57,838 nucleotides of DNA, from assembly GCA_964495505.1 (NCBI GenBank), contig CAZBVM010000001.1, positions 3,783 through 61,620 on the forward strand, given 5' to 3'. Shown here in pieces: positions 45,118 to 53,688 of this stretch (position 1 is its first letter; the number at the start of each line of letters is the position of its first letter). The stretch is from an uncultured Candidatus Saccharibacteria bacterium (GTDB lineage: Bacteria > Patescibacteriota > Minisyncoccia > UBA10092). The notes under the pieces are model-generated. The model had not been told where the DNA came from. It did no database searches and worked only from the letters and a program-made list of their open reading frames with translations. The position numbers were made by a program, and so were the translations under genes.

Positions 45118-46983
45118 TTATTCTATTTTATAAACAAAAATTGAATAACCGATTTTTGCAACTGGCTTATATTGATCAAGCCAGGTGTAAGCGCGCTCGT
45201 TGTAAGAGCAGGGAACTTTGTCGCCCTTGCAAGCGCCTTGCAAAATTGTAGCCGAAACCGCCAGCCATCCCTTTTGTGGTATTTCGCGGTTGAAAGATTC
45301 TATTTTTACATTTTTAATATAATATTCCGCCGGAGCGCCGGAAAAATAATCCATCTTAACTTCTTTTATATTATTTTTCTCTATAAATTCTGCCAGGCGC
45401 AAAATATCCTGCCCCCAGTCAAGGTTGGAATCCACCACCCATTTATAACCCTTATCAGGCCCACCCGCGATCTCGTTAAAGTAAGCAAGAAATGATGGAT
45501 AAATAAAAACCACCGATAAAACCGCCCATGTAAAAAGAATCATGATTACAAAACACCTTTTTATTTTTCCCCAATATAAAACAAGCAGCTGCCAAAACCC
45601 GGTATAGTTAGGGATTCTTTCGGTTACGCCTCCTTTGATCCAATTTGCAATTTGCCGCGCCGCCAATGCATAGATAAATGGAATCGTCGGCAGTATATGC
45701 CGCACGCCAATATTTAGCCGCGAGTTTATTGAAAAAGACCAGTAAATTAAAATAATAATTATCATTCCCATTTCCGCGGAATTGTTTTTTATTAAATCAA
45801 GAGCGTCGGATAACCAATTTTTAATCGCTCGATTACGACAATGGTTAATGCATTTTTTAATCACCAGAAAAAAAGCAAAAAATAAGAGAATAATATAAGC
45901 TAACGGTTCTTTAATCAGATAAACAACAAGAAAGTACGTCATTGAACCGGCCGCTGAAACTTCACCAAGATAATAAGTAGTATTGCCACCACTAGAACGC
46001 TGGATAACCATTAAAAACCCCAGTAAATATTGTCCCCATGTCCTTAAATACGACACGCCAGAAAGCCAGATGTTAAAATCAACGAGCGGCTTAAACCCGA
46101 AAGTGCTTAAAATAAATGCCGTATCAATTTGCTGCTTTTCTGGTGGGTAGTTCCAGATGTGATAGCCGTAAACCAGTCCGACAACCACGTAAGCGATAAT
46201 TAAAGAAAAAATAAATCCGCTGATGTATTTTCTAAACCAGAACCATTTTTTTTGATTTTGTGTCCCTTCGGGACATCTCCCGCAGGGAGAAACTATGGCA
46301 TAAATTAAAATAATTAATCCAAAAATTGGCAGCAAAAGAAAGGTAGAAAATTTAGTTAAAAGTGCTAAACCAAGAACAATGCCAAAAACCCATAAATTTC
46401 TTTTTGTCGGCGTTTTAAGCCAATGATACAAATAATAAAAACTGATAAAAAACGCGGCCGCGGCGGCAACGTCGGTTGTTACAAGCCGTGTGTGGGCTAA
46501 AACGGTTGGTGAGAAGGAATAAAAAATTAAAGCAATAATGCCGACTAAATTGCCCCATAATTCCTTGGTAAACCGCCAAATATAAAATCCTAAAAGAATA
46601 CCGATTAAAATAATAGGAATTCTTCCATAGCGCATAATATTTTGCGCGTCATTTCCGGAGTAGTAAAGTAGGTCATTGCCAAATTGAACATCGGTCTGCC
46701 AGCTCGGCGTTCTACTATTGATGTCCGACATCAATAGTGTGTTCCAGCCGGGACTTTGATAGGGGAATTTGATATCTAAAAGTAAAAGCGGCAAGGCGGC
46801 TAAATCTTTTACCAGGGGCGGATGTTCCGGATTAAGACGCATATCTTTTTGCGTCAGGTAGGAATATCCGGCCGGAAGATGGATTCTTTCATCGTAATTT
46901 GCGGTGTCATTCCACATGCTGGTTGTGGCAAGTACGCCAAAAACCGCTAAAAGAAAAAAAACAATAATATTGACAATTTTCAT
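45118..46983 (-). CDS. GT39/PMT-ArnT-like phospholipid-carrier-dependent glycosyltransferase
   Basis: Polytopic protein with a DE motif (ANYDERIH) in the first loop. I chose the start at ATG 46983 because the track start at 47025 overlaps tRNA-Lys. Confidence 0.75.
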   Translation of the reverse strand: MKIVNIIVFFLLAVFGVLATTSMWNDTANYDERIHLPAGYSYLTQKDMRLNPEHPPLVKDLAALPLLLLDIKFPYQSPGWNTLLMSDINSRTPSWQTDVQFGNDLLYYSGNDAQNIMRYGRIPIILIGILLGFYIWRFTKELWGNLVGIIALIFYSFSPTVLAHTRLVTTDVAAAAAFFISFYYLYHWLKTPTKRNLWVFGIVLGLALLTKFSTFLLLPIFGLIILIYAIVSPCGRCPEGTQNQKKWFWFRKYISGFIFSLIIAYVVVGLVYGYHIWNYPPEKQQIDTAFILSTFGFKPLVDFNIWLSGVSYLRTWGQYLLGFLMVIQRSSGGNTTYYLGEVSAAGSMTYFLVVYLIKEPLAYIILLFFAFFLVIKKCINHCRNRAIKNWLSDALDLIKNNSAEMGMIIIILIYWSFSINSRLNIGVRHILPTIPFIYALAARQIANWIKGGVTERIPNYTGFWQLLVLYWGKIKRCFVIMILFTWAVLSVVFIYPSFLAYFNEIAGGPDKGYKWVVDSNLDWGQDILRLAEFIEKNNIKEVKMDYFSGAPAEYYIKNVKIESFNREIPQKGWLAVSATILQGACKGDKVPCSYNERAYTWLDQYKPVAKIGYSIFVYKIE

Positions 46984-47010
46984 AAAGTATGATAAATTAA
47001 TTAGTGAGGT

Positions 47011-47085
47011 GCCGTCGTGACGCAATGGTAGCGTAGCGGCCTTTTAAGCCGAGAGTTGGGGGTTCAAGTCCCTCCGGCGGCACCA
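47011..47085 (+). tRNA. tRNA-Lys (anticodon UUU), CCA encoded
   Basis: Hand-folded cloverleaf. Acceptor stem gccgtcg/cggcggc. D arm acgc-aatggta-gcgt. Anticodon loop cTTTTaa. T arm ggggg-ttcaagt-ccctc. Confidence 0.85.
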
Positions 47086-47102
47086 AATCCCTTCAATTGG
47101 CC

Positions 47103-47179
47103 AGGCCCGTAGCTCAGTGGCAGAGCAGGCGCGCCTTATAAGCGCCAGGTCGGAGGTTCAAGTCCTCCCGGGCCTACCA
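47103..47179 (+). tRNA. tRNA with UAU anticodon context (Ile-like) and 2 extra nt in the anticodon arm, CCA encoded
   Basis: Acceptor stem aggcccg/cgggcct. D arm gctc-agtggca-gagc. T arm ggagg-ttcaagt-cctcc. The anticodon region is ggcgc-GC-cuUAUaa-gcgcc, which gives either a 9-nt loop or a bulged stem. Confidence 0.7.
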
Positions 47180-47213
47180 CTCCTTCGCTCAGCGAGCTAT
47201 GGAGTGCGCGCAA

Positions 47214-47242
47214 CCCCCGCAAACGCGGGGGAATTTCTTTTT
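47214..47242 (+). terminator. Rho-independent terminator after the tRNA pair
   Basis: cccccgc-aaac-gcggggg followed by aatttcttttt. Confidence 0.65.
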
Positions 47243-48782
47243 ATGGAACTATTAAAACGGGAGTGTTTAAATAAATAAATTCAACTTTTCCGTTCGAAAA
47301 CTTTTTGTTTAAATCGCGAGGTAATTCTAAATCAAAATAAATCGGAGCGATAACCGTGCCATTTTTTCCTAAGTTTATTTTATCAAATTTGTCAAATTTC
47401 AAATAATTTATTTCTGATTTTTTATAAGTAAGAAAAAATACTGTCTGCGCGGAAATTGGCAAACCATTCTCCGTTGGCTGATCATTCGAAGGCCAAATTG
47501 CGTATTTTTTAACATCTTGAGGCAGTCGGTTAAGATAGTCGGCAATTTTAACCTGATTTTGCGAGAAGGCCTCGACAGTGTGAATGTCTGAAGCCCATTT
47601 AACAAAATACTTGTTAAATTCCGAAAAACCTATAAATAGTAAGAAAATAATCAGCAATATAAAAACTTTTTTATATCTTTGTACCTTTCCCCAAATCCAA
47701 ACTAATCCAATTCCAGCAAAAACCATTGCTGCGGGCATTGCTCCCAAAGCCCGCAGGGCGTGGGGATTGCCCTCGGCTGCTAAAATATTTGGTAAAAGAA
47801 AAATGCCCAGCCACATCAGCATAAATTTTTCACTAAATCTTAAACGCTTAATACTAATACCTAATCCTATAAGAAATAAGATTCCTACCGGCCAAAATAA
47901 TTGCGGTGAATTGGCAAAATTATGCCGCCAATTAAAATCTCCGATGATATTAAACATCCCAAGTGTTGAAACGATGCTCAATATGGCAGCTTTAAACGGA
48001 TTTTCCGCCGACCAAATTGCCACTTGCCCGCTTCGGCCAAAGAAATCGCCGGGATTATTAAGAAAATAAAGCCCGATTGGCAAAGCAACGATAAAAGCTA
48101 CAATTGCAAAAATCACAAATCCCAACCAAAGATTTTTCACGCGGCGCCTTATAAGATAAGGAATAAAAAACATGGCGACTAAAACTGGCGCGAATCTATA
48201 TGAAATATAGGTGTAAAATCCTAAACCGAATAAAATCCCCGCAATGATAAAATCCGGTGTCCGACACCAAAATCCTCCGGTGTCGGACACCGGTTTTTTG
48301 TCTAGTCCTCGCCAAAGAAAATAAAAAGACCAAATTAAAAATGGCAGCATTAAACCGGCTCTGAAACCGATACGGCTGAAATTCACTGCCCAAAAACTAA
48401 TGGCTATAAAAAAGCTGGAAGCCAAAGCAACGTGCGGGTTAAAAAGTAATTTGGTTAAAAAATAAAGGCCTAAAACGGCCAAAACCCCTGCTGCGGCAGG
48501 AAAAACTCTTAAAACCCATGGCTCTGTACCGAAAAGTTTAATTGCCAAAACGTCGAGCCAAACAATCATTCCTTCGCGGCCGTTGTTATTAGAATAAAAA
48601 ACTCTGAAATTGCCTGATTCTAGAGAGGTAAGAGCATCGGCTCCATTCATCGCTTCATCCTGATAAAGTCCCGACGGAACTGAACCAAACTGCCAAAATC
48701 TAAAAAAAATCGCAATGGCGATAATTAAAATTAAAGAAAGCAGATACTTGTGTTTATAAATAAACTTTGTCATGCCTGCCAT
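47241..48782 (-). CDS. Second GT39/ArnT-like glycosyltransferase
   Basis: Polytopic protein with GLYQDEAMNG in the first loop. Contains an in-frame GC palindrome at 48254-48293. Confidence 0.75.
   Translation of the reverse strand: MAGMTKFIYKHKYLLSLILIIAIAIFFRFWQFGSVPSGLYQDEAMNGADALTSLESGNFRVFYSNNNGREGMIVWLDVLAIKLFGTEPWVLRVFPAAAGVLAVLGLYFLTKLLFNPHVALASSFFIAISFWAVNFSRIGFRAGLMLPFLIWSFYFLWRGLDKKPVSDTGGFWCRTPDFIIAGILFGLGFYTYISYRFAPVLVAMFFIPYLIRRRVKNLWLGFVIFAIVAFIVALPIGLYFLNNPGDFFGRSGQVAIWSAENPFKAAILSIVSTLGMFNIIGDFNWRHNFANSPQLFWPVGILFLIGLGISIKRLRFSEKFMLMWLGIFLLPNILAAEGNPHALRALGAMPAAMVFAGIGLVWIWGKVQRYKKVFILLIIFLLFIGFSEFNKYFVKWASDIHTVEAFSQNQVKIADYLNRLPQDVKKYAIWPSNDQPTENGLPISAQTVFFLTYKKSEINYLKFDKFDKINLGKNGTVIAPIYFDLELPRDLNKKFSNGKVEFIYLNTPVLIVP
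48254..48293. repeat. Perfect 15-bp-arm GC-rich palindrome inside a CDS
   Basis: ccggtgtccgacacc-aaaatcctcc-ggtgtcggacaccgg. The minus-strand frame encodes ...KPVSDTGGFWCRTPD... Confidence 0.95.
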
Positions 48783-48803
48783 TATCAGTTATAATTGTAA
48801 CAT

Positions 48804-48995
48804 ATGACTATCGAACAAGAAAAACAACATACGCCGGAAATTGAAGCATTAGTTCAAATTGCTTTTGAGAAGGGGATAAGTGAAGCAATAAAAGCGGCAA
48901 AAGCCAAAAATGATCCCCACCTTTTGGATGATTTTCACGATGTTTTAATTGACCGTTTTTATCAAAAATTAGTTGAAGCGAAAATCATTGAATAG
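48804..48995 (+). CDS. Small hypothetical protein (63 aa)
   Basis: ORF immediately upstream of the fused ATPase gene. No recognised domain. Confidence 0.4.
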   Translation: MTIEQEKQHTPEIEALVQIAFEKGISEAIKAAKAKNDPHLLDDFHDVLIDRFYQKLVEAKIIE

Positions 48996-49019
48996 CGAAT
49001 CTGATACGAATAAACGAAC

Positions 49020-51422
49020 ATGATTTTTTATATTATCTTTATTCTAATAATCGCTATTACTTTATGGTTTGTCTGGTTTTTGTTTAACAGGGCCTGGCAA
49101 AAAGGATTAATTTTTAGCGCTTTAAATTTTGTGTTGCTTGAAGTTAAGTTCCCTCGCGTTCTTGAGGCAATTGACGCTTCAAAAGAAAAAGAAAAACTCC
49201 TGACAATGGAACAGTTTTATAATTCTTTATCAAGTATTCTTAGGGGGAAAAGTGGCTTATTTAAGCCAAAGCCATGTTTAATTTTTGAAATCGCCGTACC
49301 CGAAGAGGGTGAAGAAATCGGATTTTACGCGGCTATGCCAAAAAAATTTCAATCGGCGATTCAAAGGCAAATTCAAGGATTTTTCCCGGAAGCTGCAATT
49401 AACGCAGTCAATGATTATAATATTTTTAATAAAGAAGGCATAAGTATCGGTTCGGTTTTAAAAACTAAAAGAAATTATATCCTACCTTTTAAAACCTATA
49501 AAAAATTGGAAGCGAGCACCCTGGGGCTTATTACTAACTCTATGGCCTTGCTCAAAGAACGTGGCGAAGGAGTAGCGCTTCAAATTTTAGTAAAACCCAC
49601 CAATGCATCTTCCAAAGGTGATGCCGTAAAAATTATTAAAAATCTTTTTGCCGGAAAAAGTTTAGATGACGGTCTGGGAGAATTAGAAAGTCCAATTTCT
49701 TTTATTGACAATGTCCGAAAATTTTTTAATGTTAAGCCTCCGGAGGAAGTAAAAAAGCCAACTGCAGTCGAGTTGACACCACTTGTTAAAGAACTTATTG
49801 AAGAAATAGACAATAAGGCCAAACACAATTTATTTGAAGTCAATATAAGAATATTAGTTTCGGCCGAAAATGAAGAAAGTGCTCTTCAAGTTTTATCAAA
49901 TATTGAAAATGCTTTTTCCCAATTTGAGGCACCGGATTCAAATTACTTTTACAGTTACCGGCCGGTTAAATCGGTTCTAAAAAATTTAATTTATAATTTT
50001 TCTTTCAGAATATTTAATAAAAAAGAAACAGTTTGGCTTTCTGGAGAAGAGTTAACCAGTATATATCACTTCCCAATAATTAAAATTGAAACGCCGAAAG
50101 TAAAGTTTCTAAAAGCCAAGGCAGCAGCACCGCCGGCCGTTATGCCGTCCTCCGGCGTTATTTTGGGTAAAAATCAATTCAGAGGCCAAGAAGCGATTAT
50201 TAAATTAAATCCGCTTGACCGCCGGCGCCATCTTTATATTGTCGGCCAAACCGGCACCGGGAAAAGTTATCTTTTGAGAAATCTGATTAAGCAAGATATT
50301 GATGGCGGCGCCGGCGTTGGCGTGATTGATCCTCACGGTGATTTGGTTGAAGCGATTTTGGGTCTTGTGCCGCGCCATCGTTATAACGATGTGGTCTTGT
50401 TTGATCCGGCCGATACCGAATGGCCGATTGGTTTAAATCTTTTAGAAGCTGCTACTCCCACCGAAAAAGATTTCGCTATCCAGGAAATGATTGCCACTTT
50501 TCAAAAGCTTTTTTTAGCCGAACACCTAGGGCCCGTTTTTGAACACAGCATGAGAAACGCCATGCTGACGCTGATGGCGGGTGACAGTCCGGGAACTTTA
50601 GTTGATATCCCCAGAATTTTTACCGACCCGGTATTCGTTCGTCAACTTTTAATAAAAGTCACCGATCCTCTGGTGCGGGATTTTTGGGAAAAAGAGATGC
50701 TGAAAATGTCGGAACAAACCAAATCGGAAATGATTGGATATCTAGTTTCTAAAGTAGGCCGATTTGTTGAAAATTCAATGATGAGAAATATAATCGGCCA
50801 AAGCCGTTCCGGAATTGATTTTAACGATATTATGAATAATGGCAAAATTTTATTGGTTAATCTCTCAAAAGGCCGAGTAGGAGAAATGAACAGCGCTCTT
50901 TTGGGACTGATCGTAACTGCTAAGCTTCAAATGGCGGCTTTCAGAAGAGCCGAAGAACGCAATGAAGAATCTCGTCGGGACTTTTACTTGTATATGGATG
51001 AGTTTCAAAATTTTACGACCGATTCTATTGCCACCATTCTTGCTGAAGCCAGAAAGTATCGCCTTAATCTTATTTTGGCCCATCAGTTTATCGGGCAACT
51101 TACCGATAAAATCCGCGATTCGGTTTTTGGCAATGCCGGCTCCGTTATCTCATTCAGAGTTGGGCCAGAAGACGCAAAGTTTTTGGTTAAATACTTTGAA
51201 CCGGTTTTTAGTGAAACTGACCTTATAAACATTGATAATCGTCACGCTTACGCTAAACTTTTAATCAATGGCGCCACCACTATGCCATTTAACATCACAA
51301 CCGAAGATTCTCCAGAGAGCAGTTTGGATGAAGCCGAAAACTTAAGAGAACTTAACCGGCAAAAATATGCCCGGTCGCGCGCTGAAGTAGAACAAATTAT
51401 TAGTAATAGATTTGGAAAATAA
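49020..51422 (+). CDS. Fused membrane-anchor + TraD/VirD4-like P-loop ATPase (paralog of 9323-10567 + 10650-12302)
   Basis: N-terminal TM segment plus a domain colinear with the 414-aa protein. Walker A YIVGQTGTGKS, Walker B LYMDEFQNF, AHQFIGQL. Confidence 0.75.
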   Translation: MIFYIIFILIIAITLWFVWFLFNRAWQKGLIFSALNFVLLEVKFPRVLEAIDASKEKEKLLTMEQFYNSLSSILRGKSGLFKPKPCLIFEIAVPEEGEEIGFYAAMPKKFQSAIQRQIQGFFPEAAINAVNDYNIFNKEGISIGSVLKTKRNYILPFKTYKKLEASTLGLITNSMALLKERGEGVALQILVKPTNASSKGDAVKIIKNLFAGKSLDDGLGELESPISFIDNVRKFFNVKPPEEVKKPTAVELTPLVKELIEEIDNKAKHNLFEVNIRILVSAENEESALQVLSNIENAFSQFEAPDSNYFYSYRPVKSVLKNLIYNFSFRIFNKKETVWLSGEELTSIYHFPIIKIETPKVKFLKAKAAAPPAVMPSSGVILGKNQFRGQEAIIKLNPLDRRRHLYIVGQTGTGKSYLLRNLIKQDIDGGAGVGVIDPHGDLVEAILGLVPRHRYNDVVLFDPADTEWPIGLNLLEAATPTEKDFAIQEMIATFQKLFLAEHLGPVFEHSMRNAMLTLMAGDSPGTLVDIPRIFTDPVFVRQLLIKVTDPLVRDFWEKEMLKMSEQTKSEMIGYLVSKVGRFVENSMMRNIIGQSRSGIDFNDIMNNGKILLVNLSKGRVGEMNSALLGLIVTAKLQMAAFRRAEERNEESRRDFYLYMDEFQNFTTDSIATILAEARKYRLNLILAHQFIGQLTDKIRDSVFGNAGSVISFRVGPEDAKFLVKYFEPVFSETDLINIDNRHAYAKLLINGATTMPFNITTEDSPESSLDEAENLRELNRQKYARSRAEVEQIISNRFGK

Positions 51423-51423
51423 A

Positions 51424-52059
51424 ATGACTAAAAAAGATTTTTGGTTGGCAATTTTAGCCGGAGAAACATCGGCCTGGCTTTCCTTGCCGATACTGAAAAA
51501 TTTGAAAATTTTTGATATTTTAACTAGTCGAGGGATAAATCCAATAGGTTTTTCTGTTTTTTGGATTTTCTTTATTCCCACCGGAGCAGTAATAGCGCTT
51601 AGTTTTTTTTATTTTTTGGCAAAATATAAAAACCGCGTTGGATTTTTTGAGCTTGGCAAATACGGAATTATCGGCGTTTTAAATACAATGCTCAACGCGG
51701 GAATTTATAATTTTTTTATTTTTATAACCGATATTTCTTTTGGTTTTATATTGGACTTGTTTTTTGTTGTCGCTTTTATTATTACCATCGCAAATAGTTT
51801 TATTTGGAATAAATTCTGGGCCTTTGCCGAAAACGAGGTGAAAGATATTAAAAGTGAAGCCATTAAATTTTTCACCATTTCTACGGCTGTAGCCGCGGTT
51901 AACGCAGTTATTTTACATACAATAGTAAACGTTATCGGCGCGCCTGTGGGGCTAGATCCAAAAATCTGGGCCAATATAGCATTAAGTTTTACTATCATTA
52001 CCGCCTTTTTGGGAAACTTTTTTTCTTACAAATATATTGTGTTTAGGGATAAAAAATAA
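51424..52059 (+). CDS. GtrA-family membrane protein
   Basis: 4 TM segments, with the GtrA-like pattern YGIIGVLNTMLNAGIYNFF...SFIWNKFWAF. I prefer ATG 51424. Confidence 0.7.
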   Translation: MTKKDFWLAILAGETSAWLSLPILKNLKIFDILTSRGINPIGFSVFWIFFIPTGAVIALSFFYFLAKYKNRVGFFELGKYGIIGVLNTMLNAGIYNFFIFITDISFGFILDLFFVVAFIITIANSFIWNKFWAFAENEVKDIKSEAIKFFTISTAVAAVNAVILHTIVNVIGAPVGLDPKIWANIALSFTIITAFLGNFFSYKYIVFRDKK

Positions 52060-52082
52060 GGGGTTTAATACCCCTTATTTTA

Positions 52083-52775
52083 TCAAAAGTCTTTAATCGA
52101 TTCCGGCGGCCGGTGAAATTCTTCCATAAATGATTTGATTTCTGCTGATCTTATAGCGTAAGATCTATTGTCGTCTAAAGAAGTTTTAATTGCGGCTGTG
52201 CTAATGCTCATTCCCATCAATTCACCATTTTCATCGATTAAAGGACTACCGCTAAAGCCTTTCGGTATAGAAATATTGTATTCTATTACGGTAAATATCA
52301 GACCGTTGTCTTCTAGGGTTATTTTCATGTGTAAATTTCTAATATTGCCGTAAATAACTTGCCATAAACTGCCATAGCTGTTGCCAACTACAGCAATCGG
52401 TTGGCCGACGACAAAGTTATGAGTGTTGCCAAACTTTAAATAAGAAAAAACTATTTTCTCATTCTCAGGCATTATAGGCAGCATTACGGCTAAATCATTG
52501 TTCTCCTCAAACCGATCCAAAATTAATTCTAGTTTTTTGCCATTATACAGTTGTGCCCATAATCTTTCATAGTTTTCTACCGCATGTTTAGCGGTAATTA
52601 GTGTGCCCAGAGAATCTATAAAAAATCCACTGCCGCGAAAACCGGTTAAATCTTCTTTTAAATAAAGCGCCACCACGGCCGATTTGACGTTTTCAATTAC
52701 TTCATTGGGAAAAGCCGCAAAAACAGACAGTGGGTAAAAGACAATAAAACAAACAATAGCCGCCAATTTTCTCAT
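52083..52775 (-). CDS. Secreted trypsin-like serine protease (S1 fold)
   Basis: Signal peptide MRKLAAIVCFIVFYPLSVFA. Triad context TAKHAV, NDLAVM, GFSGSPLID. Confidence 0.75.
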   Translation of the reverse strand: MRKLAAIVCFIVFYPLSVFAAFPNEVIENVKSAVVALYLKEDLTGFRGSGFFIDSLGTLITAKHAVENYERLWAQLYNGKKLELILDRFEENNDLAVMLPIMPENEKIVFSYLKFGNTHNFVVGQPIAVVGNSYGSLWQVIYGNIRNLHMKITLEDNGLIFTVIEYNISIPKGFSGSPLIDENGELMGMSISTAAIKTSLDDNRSYAIRSAEIKSFMEEFHRPPESIKDF

Positions 52776-52916
52776 TTCCCGCTCCAATTTTTAAAGAGCA
52801 ACTGCTTTAAGTAAATTTTAACACAAGCTGACAATTCTTATCAATTTTTTCTTACCATGATATACTACACTTAACTTAAATAAGTGGTTCATTAAAATAA
52901 TTATTAGGAGGCAACT

Positions 52917-53501
52917 ATGCGCGTAATCATTATCGCGGCATTTGCGATTTTTATTATTATTCCTTCTGTGTTGTCTGCGATTGACGAAAAGCCACCGCTT
53001 ACTGTGAGTATTGTCGTGGATCCGCTTCTTTACGACCGCTTTAAGAGTCCGGAGGAGCTTGAGGTACACCTTCTCAACATCATCAGCCGCGCCTCGCTCA
53101 TCTTCAACGCAGATATCGGCAGACAACTGGTGCTTGACGTAATCGAGGTCGGTCTTCCGCCGAATGCGGGACTCTCAATTGACGACAAGAGCGCTTTTGC
53201 GTGGTTGAAGGAGAAAGTAAAGAGACATCCGTCCCGATTCTGGGTTTTCCTCATTGACCGTCCGCTTGCTTCATGCAACATTTCAGGCACCTGGAGCGGT
53301 TGCGGGATGATGAATAATTCCATCTCCATAGTAGTGTACAATTCTGATCTTGCCCTTACCCTTCGGAATCTTCTTCACGAGCTTGGCCACAATTGCGGGG
53401 CGGATCACAGCGAATCAAAAATTTCTATTATGTATCCATGGGGCGGGAACAACGTGACCTACAGTGACAAAGTGGTCATCATTCGGGATACATGCGAGTG
53501 A
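52917..53501 (+). CDS. Secreted metzincin-type zinc metalloprotease (GC-rich orphan)
   Basis: Signal peptide, HELGHNCGADH (HExxHxxGxxH), and the Met-turn-like SIMYPW. ATG follows AGGAGG. Confidence 0.8.
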   Translation: MRVIIIAAFAIFIIIPSVLSAIDEKPPLTVSIVVDPLLYDRFKSPEELEVHLLNIISRASLIFNADIGRQLVLDVIEVGLPPNAGLSIDDKSAFAWLKEKVKRHPSRFWVFLIDRPLASCNISGTWSGCGMMNNSISIVVYNSDLALTLRNLLHELGHNCGADHSESKISIMYPWGGNNVTYSDKVVIIRDTCE

Positions 53502-53562
53502 CAACAAGGCCCGAGGAACATATTTCACGGGTTTTTTATTTTTGCGACCTTTGATTGAATTC

Positions 53563-53602
53563 TTTTCGGAAATCAGCAACGATCGTTGGGATATTACGAA
53601 AA
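53563..53602 (+). repeat. Conserved 40-nt box, copy 3 (no microsatellite or palindrome after it)
   Basis: ttttcggaaatcagcaacgatcgttgggatattacgaaaa, starting 61 nt after the metzincin stop. Confidence 0.9.
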
Positions 53603-53637
53603 CTAAATATCAAATTAGTATATCAAATTTTATTTTA

Positions 53638-53673
53638 AACGCACTAAAATCCTATAGGTCATTCGTGCGTTCA
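53638..53673 (+). repeat. 36-nt hairpin repeat, copy A
   Basis: aacgcactaaaatcctataggtcattcgtgcgttca. Copy B is at 57655-57690. Confidence 0.85.
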
Positions 53674-53688
53674 TATAATATATTAAAA

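Noticed and set aside
46984-47025. The track's upstream-extended start codons could be correct: 47025 for GT39, 14587 for nrdJ, 32219 for frr, 26867 for rpsI, 51412 for gtrA and 52787 for the serine protease.
   Set aside because: The extensions overlap a tRNA or a neighbouring gene, use TTG or GTG just before an in-frame ATG, or add residues ahead of a clear N-terminus or signal peptide.
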